The translations under genes were made by a program, and so were the position numbers. The notes under the pieces are model-generated. The model did not search any database. It was not told the origin of the DNA and was given only the letters and a program-made list of their open reading frames with translations. A stretch of 64,000 nt of DNA. It comes from an uncultured virus (IMG/VR IMGVR_UViG_3300029705_000102). Its lineage: Duplodnaviria; Heunggongvirae; Uroviricota; Caudoviricetes. The stretch lies in the IMG/VR virus record IMGVR_UViG_3300029705_000102; one strand, given 5' to 3'. Shown here piece by piece: positions 1-9,209 of this stretch. How positions within the stretch are numbered: position 1 is the stretch's first letter; each line of letters starts with the position of its first letter.

Positions 1-6
1 ATTTAT

Positions 7-138
7 AGAAAGCACGAAATATCAGAAAGCACGAAATATCAGAAAGCACGAAATATCAGAAAGCACGAAATATCAGAAAGCACGAAATATCAGAAAGCAC
101 GAAATATCAGAAAGCACGAAATATCAGAAAGCACGAAA
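7..138. repeat. Tandem 17-bp direct repeat AGAAAGCACGAAATATC, 7 full copies plus a 13-bp partial copy
   Basis: Identical units start at 7, 24, 41, 58, 75, 92 and 109; partial copy at 126-138; no spacers. Confidence 0.97.
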
Positions 139-159
139 GGGATCTTTTAGATCCCTTTC
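135..159. repeat. 11-bp inverted repeat closing the tandem array
   Basis: GAAAGGGATCT-ttt-AGATCCCTTTC. Confidence 0.85.
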
Positions 160-224
160 TAGTTAATTTATATAAAAATAAAACATTATATAAGATACAT
201 TTATTCAACTTTAGACTTAGTAAT

Positions 225-237
225 AACACTTAAATAA
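225..237 (+). promoter_or_regulatory. Late-type promoter AACA-N6-TAA
   Basis: AACA CTTAAA TAA; the motif recurs about 25 times upstream of genes in this window. Confidence 0.65.
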
Positions 238-672
238 GAGCTTGCTGAATGGTATCATATAATATATTGTCCACCACGATATATCGCAATGTGTACCCCA
301 AAGCATAACAATTGATACACACTTTCCATAAATTTATTAAATTATAGCAAATTCGCTTATCTGAAGCCTGACGTTGTGTCTTATGAGAAGATTATTTATT
401 TAGGGGCTAAATAGTGATATAGCATTTCTATACTAATAAATTTCGAGAGATACGGGTTTAATCTCTCTAATTCGGATACTGATTGGTTTTTCACTTCCCC
501 AAATCAAGTCCTTTAAATTGTTATCTATTATACACAAAGCCACACCCCCACTGATGATATTGTTCCCATTTTCACAAAATCCCCAGTGAGCTCTTAAGAT
601 CTTTTAAATCCTTCGGCCGAAGGTAATGCAGATAGAGGTTTATTTCTTTTTCCTCTATCTGCATTTTCTTTT
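235..672 (+). ncRNA. Putative structured late ncRNA
   Basis: No ORF; own late promoter; 13-bp closing stem 235-247/584-596 with two G.U pairs on the + strand; terminator at 625-672. Confidence 0.5.
625..672 (+). terminator. Intrinsic terminator
   Basis: 14-bp stem AATGCAGATAGAGG/CCTCTATCTGCATT followed by a T-rich tract. Confidence 0.8.
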
Positions 673-739
673 TATTTTACCAAATTTATGATTTTCTTAT
701 TGGACATAAAAATAAGAAATATTCGAAGGAGGTAACAAT

Positions 740-1465
740 ATGACACCCCAAAGAGAAAAAGCTGAAAACTTAATTTATCAAGTAATGGATAAACTTGATA
801 AAGATGAATATAATTCTTCTCATTATAAAAAACTTTTTGCAGGAATGAGTGATGCACAGTTTATGAATTTCTGTAAAAGACATTTACCATTTAGATTTCA
901 TACTAAACCATTCGTTGTAGAACCGAAATTATATGATATTAAAGAAGCATTAAAAGTACTTAGAGTACCGCTTCTTGAAAAAGTGGCTTTGCCTTATCTT
1001 TATACTGATAAAGATGGAAACCCAGTATGGTCAAAAGAAGCAATGGTAGTTTATATTCATATTAAGAAAATGAAACAATTTATTACAAAGAAAAACTCAA
1101 CACCTTCTGGAATTGATACTCGTGATATGAAATCTGGATTGCTTGTATCTTTTGATAAAGGTGGCAAAACTTCTGATAGAGAAATGGAAGCTCTTGCCGT
1201 TATGGGATTAGACAAGACTATGGCAGAAATGTCTACATGGAGAGCTGACTATATGGATGCAAAATCGGTTGCATACCAGACAATCAGCACAATGGGAAAA
1301 ATTTCAGAAAAAGAAATTCCTATTGAAGAAACGGACTCTATTTCAAAGAATACTTTAAACGCATATATGGTATCTGCTTTACTCAATACAAATATTTTGA
1401 ATAAAGATTATATGCTACCCAAAACATTGGCTGGTAAAAAGGCAAAGATTGAAAGAGAATATTGA
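740..1465 (+). CDS. Virion-type RNA polymerase beta C-terminal subunit (phiKZ gp96-like)
   Basis: KKMKQFITKKNS...GGKTSDREMEALAVMG resembles the RpoB C-terminal KLxH...GGQRFGEMEVWALEAYG region; AGGAGG RBS; late-type promoter variant at 703-715. Confidence 0.75.
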   Translation: MTPQREKAENLIYQVMDKLDKDEYNSSHYKKLFAGMSDAQFMNFCKRHLPFRFHTKPFVVEPKLYDIKEALKVLRVPLLEKVALPYLYTDKDGNPVWSKEAMVVYIHIKKMKQFITKKNSTPSGIDTRDMKSGLLVSFDKGGKTSDREMEALAVMGLDKTMAEMSTWRADYMDAKSVAYQTISTMGKISEKEIPIEETDSISKNTLNAYMVSALLNTNILNKDYMLPKTLAGKKAKIEREY

Positions 1466-1466
1466 T

Positions 1467-1597
1467 AACAATAAAGTAAGGTTCTGTTTCATAGCCTAAA
1501 AACGCGTTTCATTTCAGACTCTATCCTCAAAGAGTCAAAACACCTTCCTTAATTATATAAAATACCGGATAGCGTAAAACGTTATCCGGTATACTTT
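1467..1597 (+). ncRNA. Putative late small RNA with anti-SD loop
   Basis: Promoter AACA ATAAAG TAA at 1467-1479 right after the upstream stop codon; hairpin GACTCT-ATCCTCAA-AGAGTC; terminator stem 1562-1592. Confidence 0.5.
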
Positions 1598-1603
1598 TGA
1601 TTA

Positions 1604-1618
1604 CATATTATATTTATG
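1604..1618 (+). promoter_or_regulatory. Early-type promoter CATATTAT-N5-TG
   Basis: Matches the recurrent motif also at 6781, 9171, 11618, 21088, 43572, 46268, 48542 and 42977 (-). Confidence 0.6.
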
Positions 1619-1688
1619 AACTTAGAAGTAAATGATAAAAAGTTCGACATTTTTATCTCATTAAAATAAAGGAAAGGAGATTATTAAT

Positions 1689-1847
1689 ATGAGTAAAAAT
1701 TATGGCGTAATCAATGAGCAGGGTTTCGTCGCAGGAAATAACCTCGGCTTTAATCCCCTCAGTGAATCCGACAAAAATGCACTTGACCAGAAGCAGAAGG
1801 CTACTGATGATAAAGATCAGAAGTCTAATAAAGAAAACAGCAAGTAA
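1689..1847 (+). CDS. Small 52-aa hypothetical protein (MSKNYGVINEQGFVAGNNLGFNPLSE...), absent from the ORF track
   Basis: AAGGAGA RBS upstream of the ATG at 1689; open frame to TAA at 1845-1847; followed by a hairpin. Confidence 0.7.
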   Translation: MSKNYGVINEQGFVAGNNLGFNPLSESDKNALDQKQKATDDKDQKSNKENSK

Positions 1848-1923
1848 TTCAACTCAAGTAACCCAGACCAGAAGCTACCACAGGCTTCTGGTCTAAAATT
1901 TTATTTAAGGAGAAGAAAAACAA

Positions 1924-2814
1924 ATGAAAACCACAAGAGTACAGAACAAGAAAAAGGCAATTAAAATAACTACAAATTTAATTGCTATCACGCTTTTTGC
2001 ACTTATCGTTACAGTAATAATTCTTTTAGCTTCTTTATTTATTGAGAATAAAGAAATTGAAAGAGATGATAATGATTCGTATATAAAAGCAGAAACAACA
2101 AGCTACAATAATTTTCAAACAGAGCAAGTAGCAAAACCGGAAGTCAAGGCTCAAACTTATTATGTAAAATCTGGAGATTCCTTTTGGTCCATATCTAATG
2201 ATTTTTATGGAACTGGAATTTACTATACAGCTATTGCATACTATAATGAGCTTTCTACCACTTCTATTCTTCATATTGGAGATAAACTTTTAGTACCTAG
2301 TCTTGATGATGAAGCATTTATTAATCTTTATAATAATATTGTTTCTGGCAATCAGACAAAGGTTGAAGAGTTTAATAATTCTATGAAAGGGCAAACAATC
2401 AAAGCAGGAACTAATCATAATTATAAATATGGAAAAAGGATGGATCCTGCAGTAGATATAACGGTCCCTTCTGGTAATGATATGAGAAATTATACTAAAT
2501 CCGTGAATACATCTTCCTTTACATATCTTGGTAGTTATAAGATTACAGGATATACTCCTTCTTGTGAGCATTGCTGTGAAGCTACTGAAGGCATTGGAGC
2601 AAGTGGTGTTCAAATGATTTGCGGATATAGTGTAGCCGCTCCTTATAACCTTCCATTCGGTACAACAATCTATATTGAAGGATATGGATTCTATGTTGTA
2701 GAAGATAGAGGTTATCTTGGAGATAGCACAATAGATATTGCTTGCCCTACGCATAATGATTGTTATGCTATTACAGGAAATAATATCAATGTCTATATCG
2801 TTCCTAATAATTAA
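1924..2814 (+). CDS. Membrane-anchored LysM + 3D-domain protein (YocH/Sps-like cell-wall enzyme)
   Basis: N-terminal hydrophobic helix; LysM YYVKSGDSFWSIS...LHIGDKLLVP; 3D-like domain ITGY...ASG...VAAP..LPFGT.IYIEGYG..VVEDRG....IDI. Confidence 0.85.
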   Translation: MKTTRVQNKKKAIKITTNLIAITLFALIVTVIILLASLFIENKEIERDDNDSYIKAETTSYNNFQTEQVAKPEVKAQTYYVKSGDSFWSISNDFYGTGIYYTAIAYYNELSTTSILHIGDKLLVPSLDDEAFINLYNNIVSGNQTKVEEFNNSMKGQTIKAGTNHNYKYGKRMDPAVDITVPSGNDMRNYTKSVNTSSFTYLGSYKITGYTPSCEHCCEATEGIGASGVQMICGYSVAAPYNLPFGTTIYIEGYGFYVVEDRGYLGDSTIDIACPTHNDCYAITGNNINVYIVPNN

Positions 2815-2843
2815 ATAAAAATCTCAATATGGAGGAAATAATA

Positions 2844-3407
2844 ATGGAAAACAAAATTCATCTCTACATCATTCAGACCGGTGTTATCTCTGAAAAGATT
2901 TGTACAACTGGAGATCATGTATACCTTAGTAGTAGAATTCAGGATAATAATTTTGTCCGTTTCAATTATATGGGAGCGGCAGAATATGAATGGGGAGCAT
3001 CTGGTAGAAGCTTCAAAAGAATCATGGATGAATTCGAAAAGTATTAACTGAATAAATCTAGATTCAAAAATGCAAATGATGTTCCTTTTTATATCTGGTG
3101 CAAGCCTGAAGATCTTGGTAAGATCGAAGATGCTATCCAGGATTATCTTGATTACAAAATCATTAATGGTAATCGTTCTTGGAGAGCACCCGATACAAGA
3201 TTGAAAGAGCCTTGCCATTTAAAAGCTCATCTCTTATATGATGAATATAAGAGCGATGTATGGGCTAGACAGCATAATAATTTCTGGTGGGATTTTGTAA
3301 ATGATTGGATGGGATTCTTTGGAGCTGAAGACAGGGTCAAAGGATTTAATCTTGTCATGAAAAATGAATACCGTAGATATACAACTATAGATACAGAACA
3401 CGTATAA
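2844..3407 (+). pseudogene. Hypothetical gene interrupted by an in-frame TAA at 3045-3047; paralogue of 3435-3923
   Basis: ORFs 2829-3047 and 3201-3407 share a frame with only one stop between them; the read-through product aligns with the next gene over its length. Confidence 0.75.
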
Positions 3408-3434
3408 AATAAAATACAAAGGAGAGTACAGCTT

Positions 3435-3923
3435 ATGTATTTTTACACAGTTCAACCTTGTGAGGTAAAAGCAATATCTGCACCTCAGTCTCTTTATAAA
3501 AATGATAGTCTTCTCTACATCGAATCAATGGATTCTGATGATTTTGAAGAAGCAATGATCGACAACAGCTTCAATAGAATTTTTAATCATTATCAAGAGT
3601 ATGTATACCTTCCTCTTGATGAGTTTGCAAATGTTGATGGTGATATTCCTTATCTTCTTTGCAAACAAGATGACATTGAGGCAATTAAGAAACGTCTTAG
3701 AGACTATCTCAACCATCAATACCCCGATAGAACTACCAAAGCTCCTTGTAGATTTCATTCTCATTATTCTAAAGGTGAAGGCGAAATGTATTGGAGGCAA
3801 AGAAAAACCACATTCTGGTGGGATATTGATAAGGACTTCATGCTAATGTTTATGAATTCTGGTGATATGGCTAGATTTGTAGATATTATGATAAAAGAGC
3901 ATGATAGATTTTTACAAAAATAA
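3435..3923 (+). CDS. Hypothetical protein (FWWD-motif family)
   Basis: AAGGAG RBS; paralogous to the upstream interrupted gene; terminator-like hairpin near 3954-3984. Confidence 0.8.
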   Translation: MYFYTVQPCEVKAISAPQSLYKNDSLLYIESMDSDDFEEAMIDNSFNRIFNHYQEYVYLPLDEFANVDGDIPYLLCKQDDIEAIKKRLRDYLNHQYPDRTTKAPCRFHSHYSKGEGEMYWRQRKTTFWWDIDKDFMLMFMNSGDMARFVDIMIKEHDRFLQK

Positions 3924-4076
3924 TAAAAAACAAACTTTAAAATAATAAAGACTTGAGGATGGATTCGTCTGAGTCCATCCTCAAATTTGTTTAAAATAAT
4001 TTATTTTTTATTTTAAATAGATATTATAATATAGATAAAACAAATCTTTATTATAGAATTAAAGGAGGTAATTATT

Positions 4077-4952
4077 ATGCCTTATCCACTTGAAGATTTC
4101 TTTAAACAGGCTGAGCAGGTTCAGCCTACGAAACCTACACTGATTACAACGAATTTTGATCAGTTGAACAAAAATGTATTTAAAAATAGTATTCCATATA
4201 TCTCTCAAATGGATGATCATAATCTATCAGTATTGATAAAGAATAATATCGATACTATTTCTGCTGATATTTTACAGGAAGATCAAGACTATGCTCCATT
4301 GTTTAGAGATCAAAAGTTTCTATCTTGCTTCATTAGAGCAATAAACTCTATTCCTATTGACTACTCAACCAAATTAGCTTGTAATAAAATCACATATGAT
4401 TACTTTACTTCTGATAATCCTGAAAAGGAAATCAAGCAGCAATGCTTGAATATGAGTAGAATTGTAAACAGAGATGTGATAAATAAGCTTATTGCAATTG
4501 GTCTTGATGAAAATACAGCTTGCAATCTTGCATTAGCTAGATATTCATCTTCTAATGAAAAGACTAATGTAAAAAGATTGAACTTTACAATTTATCATAA
4601 AGATCCTGCTGTGATGAATGAGCAGATGATTGTTTGGATTTACGAAAAGTTCTTTAATAGAATCTCTGACCTTTTCCAAGCTACAATGTTTGAAGTTTAT
4701 ACACCTCAACAGCAGTTAGATTTTGGTGAGAATTTTATGGAAGTATATGGAACAGTGAGTTTAGCTATTCTTACTATTCTTAATAATATGACTTCTGAAA
4801 ATATCAGAAAGGTTCTAATGGGTTATTCTATTGAATGGGAGTATATGCATTTCCCTCAAGTTAGATTCAGTCTACATGCATTGAGTGCTGATTATTCAAG
4901 AATCAGTCGTGTAGTATCTTACTTGACGGAAAACGGAACCAATATTCCGTAA
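4077..4952 (+). CDS. Hypothetical protein
   Basis: 291-aa ORF, AAGGAGG RBS, early-type motif at 4020. Confidence 0.85.
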   Translation: MPYPLEDFFKQAEQVQPTKPTLITTNFDQLNKNVFKNSIPYISQMDDHNLSVLIKNNIDTISADILQEDQDYAPLFRDQKFLSCFIRAINSIPIDYSTKLACNKITYDYFTSDNPEKEIKQQCLNMSRIVNRDVINKLIAIGLDENTACNLALARYSSSNEKTNVKRLNFTIYHKDPAVMNEQMIVWIYEKFFNRISDLFQATMFEVYTPQQQLDFGENFMEVYGTVSLAILTILNNMTSENIRKVLMGYSIEWEYMHFPQVRFSLHALSADYSRISRVVSYLTENGTNIP

Positions 4953-5074
4953 TTGTTGCATATCAAGGCTATCTAGAAGGTTTTCTAGATAGCCTTTCTT
5001 TTTTAGTATTTTATACGGACATTAACTTTTTAATAACTGAATAACTTGTAATAAGCTTACTGGAGGTACTTATT

Positions 5075-5500
5075 ATGGCAATTATTAAAGTAAAAGATTC
5101 TAGAGATTGTCTCCATGAAGGTGAGAATAGAAGTGATATTACACTTATTCTTACTAGATATGCTAACGAGACCAATTTAAATGAAAAATACGATGAAGTT
5201 AATAAGCTATATCGTAGAACTTCTGCAAATCATCATGCACTCAATCATCTTACATATACCATGGATATGGCTAAAAAAGATGGTAACACTGAACTCATTG
5301 CTCAGACTGTAGTGGCTCTAATTTCTATTAGGCCTGAATTAGAGGAGCACTTTATCGATATTATTAATGCATTCATTATGCAGACTGATGATATTGAAAA
5401 TATGAATTTTATTGATGAAGTTAGACGTATTGGAGCAGAACTAAATGAAGATTTTGGTGACTGTGAATCATGTGCTAATTTTGATGAAGAAAGTAAATAA
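5075..5500 (+). CDS. Hypothetical protein
   Basis: GGAGG RBS; late-type promoter at 5024-5036. Confidence 0.8.
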   Translation: MAIIKVKDSRDCLHEGENRSDITLILTRYANETNLNEKYDEVNKLYRRTSANHHALNHLTYTMDMAKKDGNTELIAQTVVALISIRPELEEHFIDIINAFIMQTDDIENMNFIDEVRRIGAELNEDFGDCESCANFDEESK

Positions 5501-5520
5501 ACAATTTGGAGGATAAAAAG

Positions 5521-6765
5521 ATGGCAGGTATTTTATCTCAGCAGTTTAGAGCAACCGTTTCTAAACATAAAGACTTTCGAATGAAAGATGAATCGGCCGC
5601 TGGAGTTGGATACTCTACTGGCTTTCTTAATTTTGATTTCATGAATGGAACTGTTGTTCACGTAAAATCAAAAGAAAGAAATTTTAATTATTATTCAGTA
5701 GGAATTCAAGATGGATGTCTTGTAATGCTTATTGGTAGATCTGGATGTGGTAAAACTACATGGGCAGTTCAGACCGCATCTAATATTGTAAGAAATTTTC
5801 CGACCGCTTGCGTGTTTCATGACGATATTGAAGGTGGTCTTACAGAATATAGAAAAGAACTTCTTAGTGGATTCCATGGAGAAGATCTTCAGCTAAAATA
5901 CCTATCGAGAAATACTGGTATTACGGCTGAAAACTTTTATGAGCGTCTTCGTATGATTCATGATCTTAAGATGGAGAATCGTGAAGACTATGAATACGAT
6001 ACGGGTTACTTTGATTCTCATGGTGAAAGAATTTATAAGCTTGAACCCACTGTATACATTCTAGACTCTGTTGCACTCCTAATGCCTGCACAGTATACTG
6101 AAGAGGAAGAACTCTCTGGTTCTATGAGTGCTACAGCTGCCGCAAAAACAAATTCTATGAGCTTTAAAAGAATCATTCCTATGCTTAAGAGTGCTAATAT
6201 TATTCTTCTTATGATTAATCATATTAATAAGAAAATTGATATTAATCCTATGCAGAGAACAAAAGCTCAGGTATCTTATCTAAAACAGGATGAATCGCTT
6301 CCTGGAGGCAATACAATTATTTATCTCACAAACGTGCTTCTTCGTTTTGATGATAATTCGAAGATGAAAGAAGATGAAGCATTTGGCATTTCTGGAAACT
6401 TGGTAGATGTTACCCTTGTCAAGTCCAGAAATAATAGAGCTGGTAAAACTTGTACCCTTGTTTTTGATCAGAATAAAGGATTTGATCCGGAACTTTCATT
6501 ATTTGTGATGCTGAAAAATGCAAAGAAAATTAATGGAGCTGGTGCATACCTTTATATTGGAGACAAGTCTGAATATAAATTCTCCCAGAAGAACTTTAAA
6601 GAGAAATTAAGAGAAATCCCTGAACTTCGTAATGCATTTATTGAAGAAGTCATGGTAATGCTTAAGGAAGATCTTGATAAGAACGATTCTGGAGATGAAA
6701 ACGATAATTTCGATTATTCGTTGAGCAGCGAAATCTTGTCGAAATTCAATCCGTCTCAAATGTAA
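5521..6765 (+). CDS. uvsX: RecA/UvsX-like recombinase
   Basis: YSTGFLNFD; Walker A GRSGCGKT; Walker B YILDSVA; LLMINH; LPGGN; KSR motif. Confidence 0.85.
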   Translation: MAGILSQQFRATVSKHKDFRMKDESAAGVGYSTGFLNFDFMNGTVVHVKSKERNFNYYSVGIQDGCLVMLIGRSGCGKTTWAVQTASNIVRNFPTACVFHDDIEGGLTEYRKELLSGFHGEDLQLKYLSRNTGITAENFYERLRMIHDLKMENREDYEYDTGYFDSHGERIYKLEPTVYILDSVALLMPAQYTEEEELSGSMSATAAAKTNSMSFKRIIPMLKSANIILLMINHINKKIDINPMQRTKAQVSYLKQDESLPGGNTIIYLTNVLLRFDDNSKMKEDEAFGISGNLVDVTLVKSRNNRAGKTCTLVFDQNKGFDPELSLFVMLKNAKKINGAGAYLYIGDKSEYKFSQKNFKEKLREIPELRNAFIEEVMVMLKEDLDKNDSGDENDNFDYSLSSEILSKFNPSQM

Positions 6766-6853
6766 ATCTCTTCATAGAGATATATTATAGATCTGATGGA
6801 GCGAATAAGTTCCATCAGATCTTTTAGTACTTACAACAAAGGAGAATGAAATT

Positions 6854-9100
6854 ATGGCAAATTTTAATCAAGTTGAAGATATAAAAAATTTAAATATCGA
6901 AAAATCTGATTATATGCTTGGTAAAGGATTGATGATGCCTTTTAATCCTACCAACTCTGGAAGCCGTAAAATAATGTATGGCTCTCAGGCAGAACAGAGA
7001 TTAGGTATAACAAAACCGGACGTTCCTTATGTAGGAACTGGATATGAATCATTATTTGGACAGAACTCTTCGTCTTTCAATAAAGTAGAAGAAGATCTGG
7101 AAGTAATTGGTTGTGTAGCAAAATTTGAATGGTGTCCTATGCATCATTATTTTGTATTTGCAATTAATAGAGATAATGGAGGACTTAGAGTATTTGAAAG
7201 AAAAGAATATAAGCATATTACTGAGAATTATGGTTATCTTCTTAATAATGATATGCTTGATGCTCTTGTCCCTGGAAATATGATTCCGAAAGGAACCGTT
7301 ATTCAGAAAAGCAATGCTTTTGATGAATATGATAATAGAATGGATGGTAAGAATCTTCTCACATTGTATTCTTCTTGTGAAGAAACAATGGAAGATGCTA
7401 TTGTCATCTCTGAGTCAGCATCAAAGAAGCTTTCATCTCCATTAATTAAGAAAGTGAGTATTATTGTTAATGATAATGATATTCCTCTTAATCTTTATGG
7501 AGATATTGAAAATTATAAAGTCTTCCCGGATATTGGAGAAGAAAGTGTAAATAGTATTTTATGTGGTTTCCGCAGAGAGAAGAAAGAGGAAGCACTGTTC
7601 TCACAATCATATGCAAGACTTAGAGAGCTTTCGATCTCTGATGAAAAATACACAGTTGCTGGAAGAGTTGTAGATGTAGACGTATATTGCAACGCTCCTG
7701 AAAAGCTTGGAGAATACGAATACAATACGCAGTTTAAGAAATATTATGATAATAATTTAAGAATGGCTAATCAAATTATAGACATTCTTGATCCTTATAT
7801 TGCAGAAGGTTGCGAAATGGAGTATGATCTTCAAGTTCTATACTATAACTGCAAAGGAATACTTTCTGGAAAGCATTATTTCTCTGAAAGAGAGTTTTCG
7901 AATATTGTTATTAATGTAACTTTAATTGAAGAAATTCCTGTATTAAGAGGTGATAAGCTTTCTAACCGTTATGGCGGTAAAGGTATTACAGCTAGAGTAA
8001 AGCCAGATGAATTAATGCCTAAAACATTAAGTGGAGAAACTGTTGATATTATTTTGAATATGTGTGGCGTTTATGGACGTGAAAATGCTGGACAGCTTTT
8101 TGAAATTACCGTCACATATATTTGCATGAAAATAATTGAATTCATCAATCTTCAGGTTTTGGACATTGATCAGTGTATTGAGCTTTATTTAAATCTTCTT
8201 CGTATTGTATCACCTTCTATGGCTGATTATACAGAAGAACAGTTCACTAAAATGACTGATGATGAATGCATAGCTTATATGGCAGGAATTTGTGCTACAG
8301 AAAAATGTATGTATCTTGCAATTGAGCCTATGAGTGAAGCAATGACACTTGATAAGGTCGAACAGCTTTATCAAGAATTTCCTTGGGCAAAAGCTGAACA
8401 TATGCTGATGCCTATTACAGATTCTGCTGGAGAGATTAAATATATTCCCTCTAGAAGGCCCTTAATTTATGGATACCAATATATCTATAGATTGAAGCAG
8501 TATGCAGAGGAGAAGTTTTCTGTAACTTCATTGTCTGCTACAAATATTCGTAATGAAAATAGTAAGAGCAAGAGTAGCAACAACTATAGAGCTCTATATT
8601 CTAGAACACCGATTCGTTTTGGCGATATGGAAACTGGAAACCTTATACACCTTGGAGCTGAACTTGTTGTTCAAATGCTTATGCTATATTCAACATCTCC
8701 TCATGCAAGACGTCTTGCTCAAGAGATGCTTACTGGCGATGCATTCAATATCGATGTTAAACTGGATGAGGAATCTAAGAATAGAAATGTTGAAATACTA
8801 AATGTTTATCTTAAAACAATGGGATTAAAATTAGTATTCAGCAGAAAACCTAAACAGTACGAACAACCGATGTTGATTGAACCGATGTACTTCTATGATA
8901 ATCCTCATAGACTTGTTGAAGGACTCATTCCGTTAAATAAAGATGAGAAATTTGATATGGAAGCTGAAGTTCTCAGACTTATTAAGGAAAAGAATCATGA
9001 ACAATGGGCTATGGATATCTATCCTATGGAGTTTACAAGAGAGCCTGGAGCTTATGAGAAAGAACTTGCTGCCAAAGAAGCAGCCAAGAAATCTGAATAA
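6854..9100 (+). CDS. Non-virion RNA polymerase beta subunit, C-terminal part
   Basis: RpoB motifs NSGSRKIM, EDAIVISES, GDKLSNRYGGKG, RLKQ...K, RFGDMETG. Confidence 0.92.
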   Translation: MANFNQVEDIKNLNIEKSDYMLGKGLMMPFNPTNSGSRKIMYGSQAEQRLGITKPDVPYVGTGYESLFGQNSSSFNKVEEDLEVIGCVAKFEWCPMHHYFVFAINRDNGGLRVFERKEYKHITENYGYLLNNDMLDALVPGNMIPKGTVIQKSNAFDEYDNRMDGKNLLTLYSSCEETMEDAIVISESASKKLSSPLIKKVSIIVNDNDIPLNLYGDIENYKVFPDIGEESVNSILCGFRREKKEEALFSQSYARLRELSISDEKYTVAGRVVDVDVYCNAPEKLGEYEYNTQFKKYYDNNLRMANQIIDILDPYIAEGCEMEYDLQVLYYNCKGILSGKHYFSEREFSNIVINVTLIEEIPVLRGDKLSNRYGGKGITARVKPDELMPKTLSGETVDIILNMCGVYGRENAGQLFEITVTYICMKIIEFINLQVLDIDQCIELYLNLLRIVSPSMADYTEEQFTKMTDDECIAYMAGICATEKCMYLAIEPMSEAMTLDKVEQLYQEFPWAKAEHMLMPITDSAGEIKYIPSRRPLIYGYQYIYRLKQYAEEKFSVTSLSATNIRNENSKSKSSNNYRALYSRTPIRFGDMETGNLIHLGAELVVQMLMLYSTSPHARRLAQEMLTGDAFNIDVKLDEESKNRNVEILNVYLKTMGLKLVFSRKPKQYEQPMLIEPMYFYDNPHRLVEGLIPLNKDEKFDMEAEVLRLIKEKNHEQWAMDIYPMEFTREPGAYEKELAAKEAAKKSE

Positions 9101-9209
9101 TAATGCTCAAAGCAATAAAGGCATAGTCATATTTGACTATGCCTTTATTTTTTATATTCTTTCTTAGTTATATAATATAATCTTGATAAAAAGAAAGGAG
9201 ATAATTATT

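Noticed and set aside
7..138. CRISPR array
   Set aside because: Units are contiguous with no spacers, and no cas genes are visible.
1714..1896. 60-aa ORF from the track
   Set aside because: No RBS; overlaps the RBS-supported ORF 1689-1847 in another frame.
3045..3047. Stop-codon reassignment
   Set aside because: TAA ends most genes here and conserved genes are uninterrupted under the standard bacterial code; this is an isolated case.
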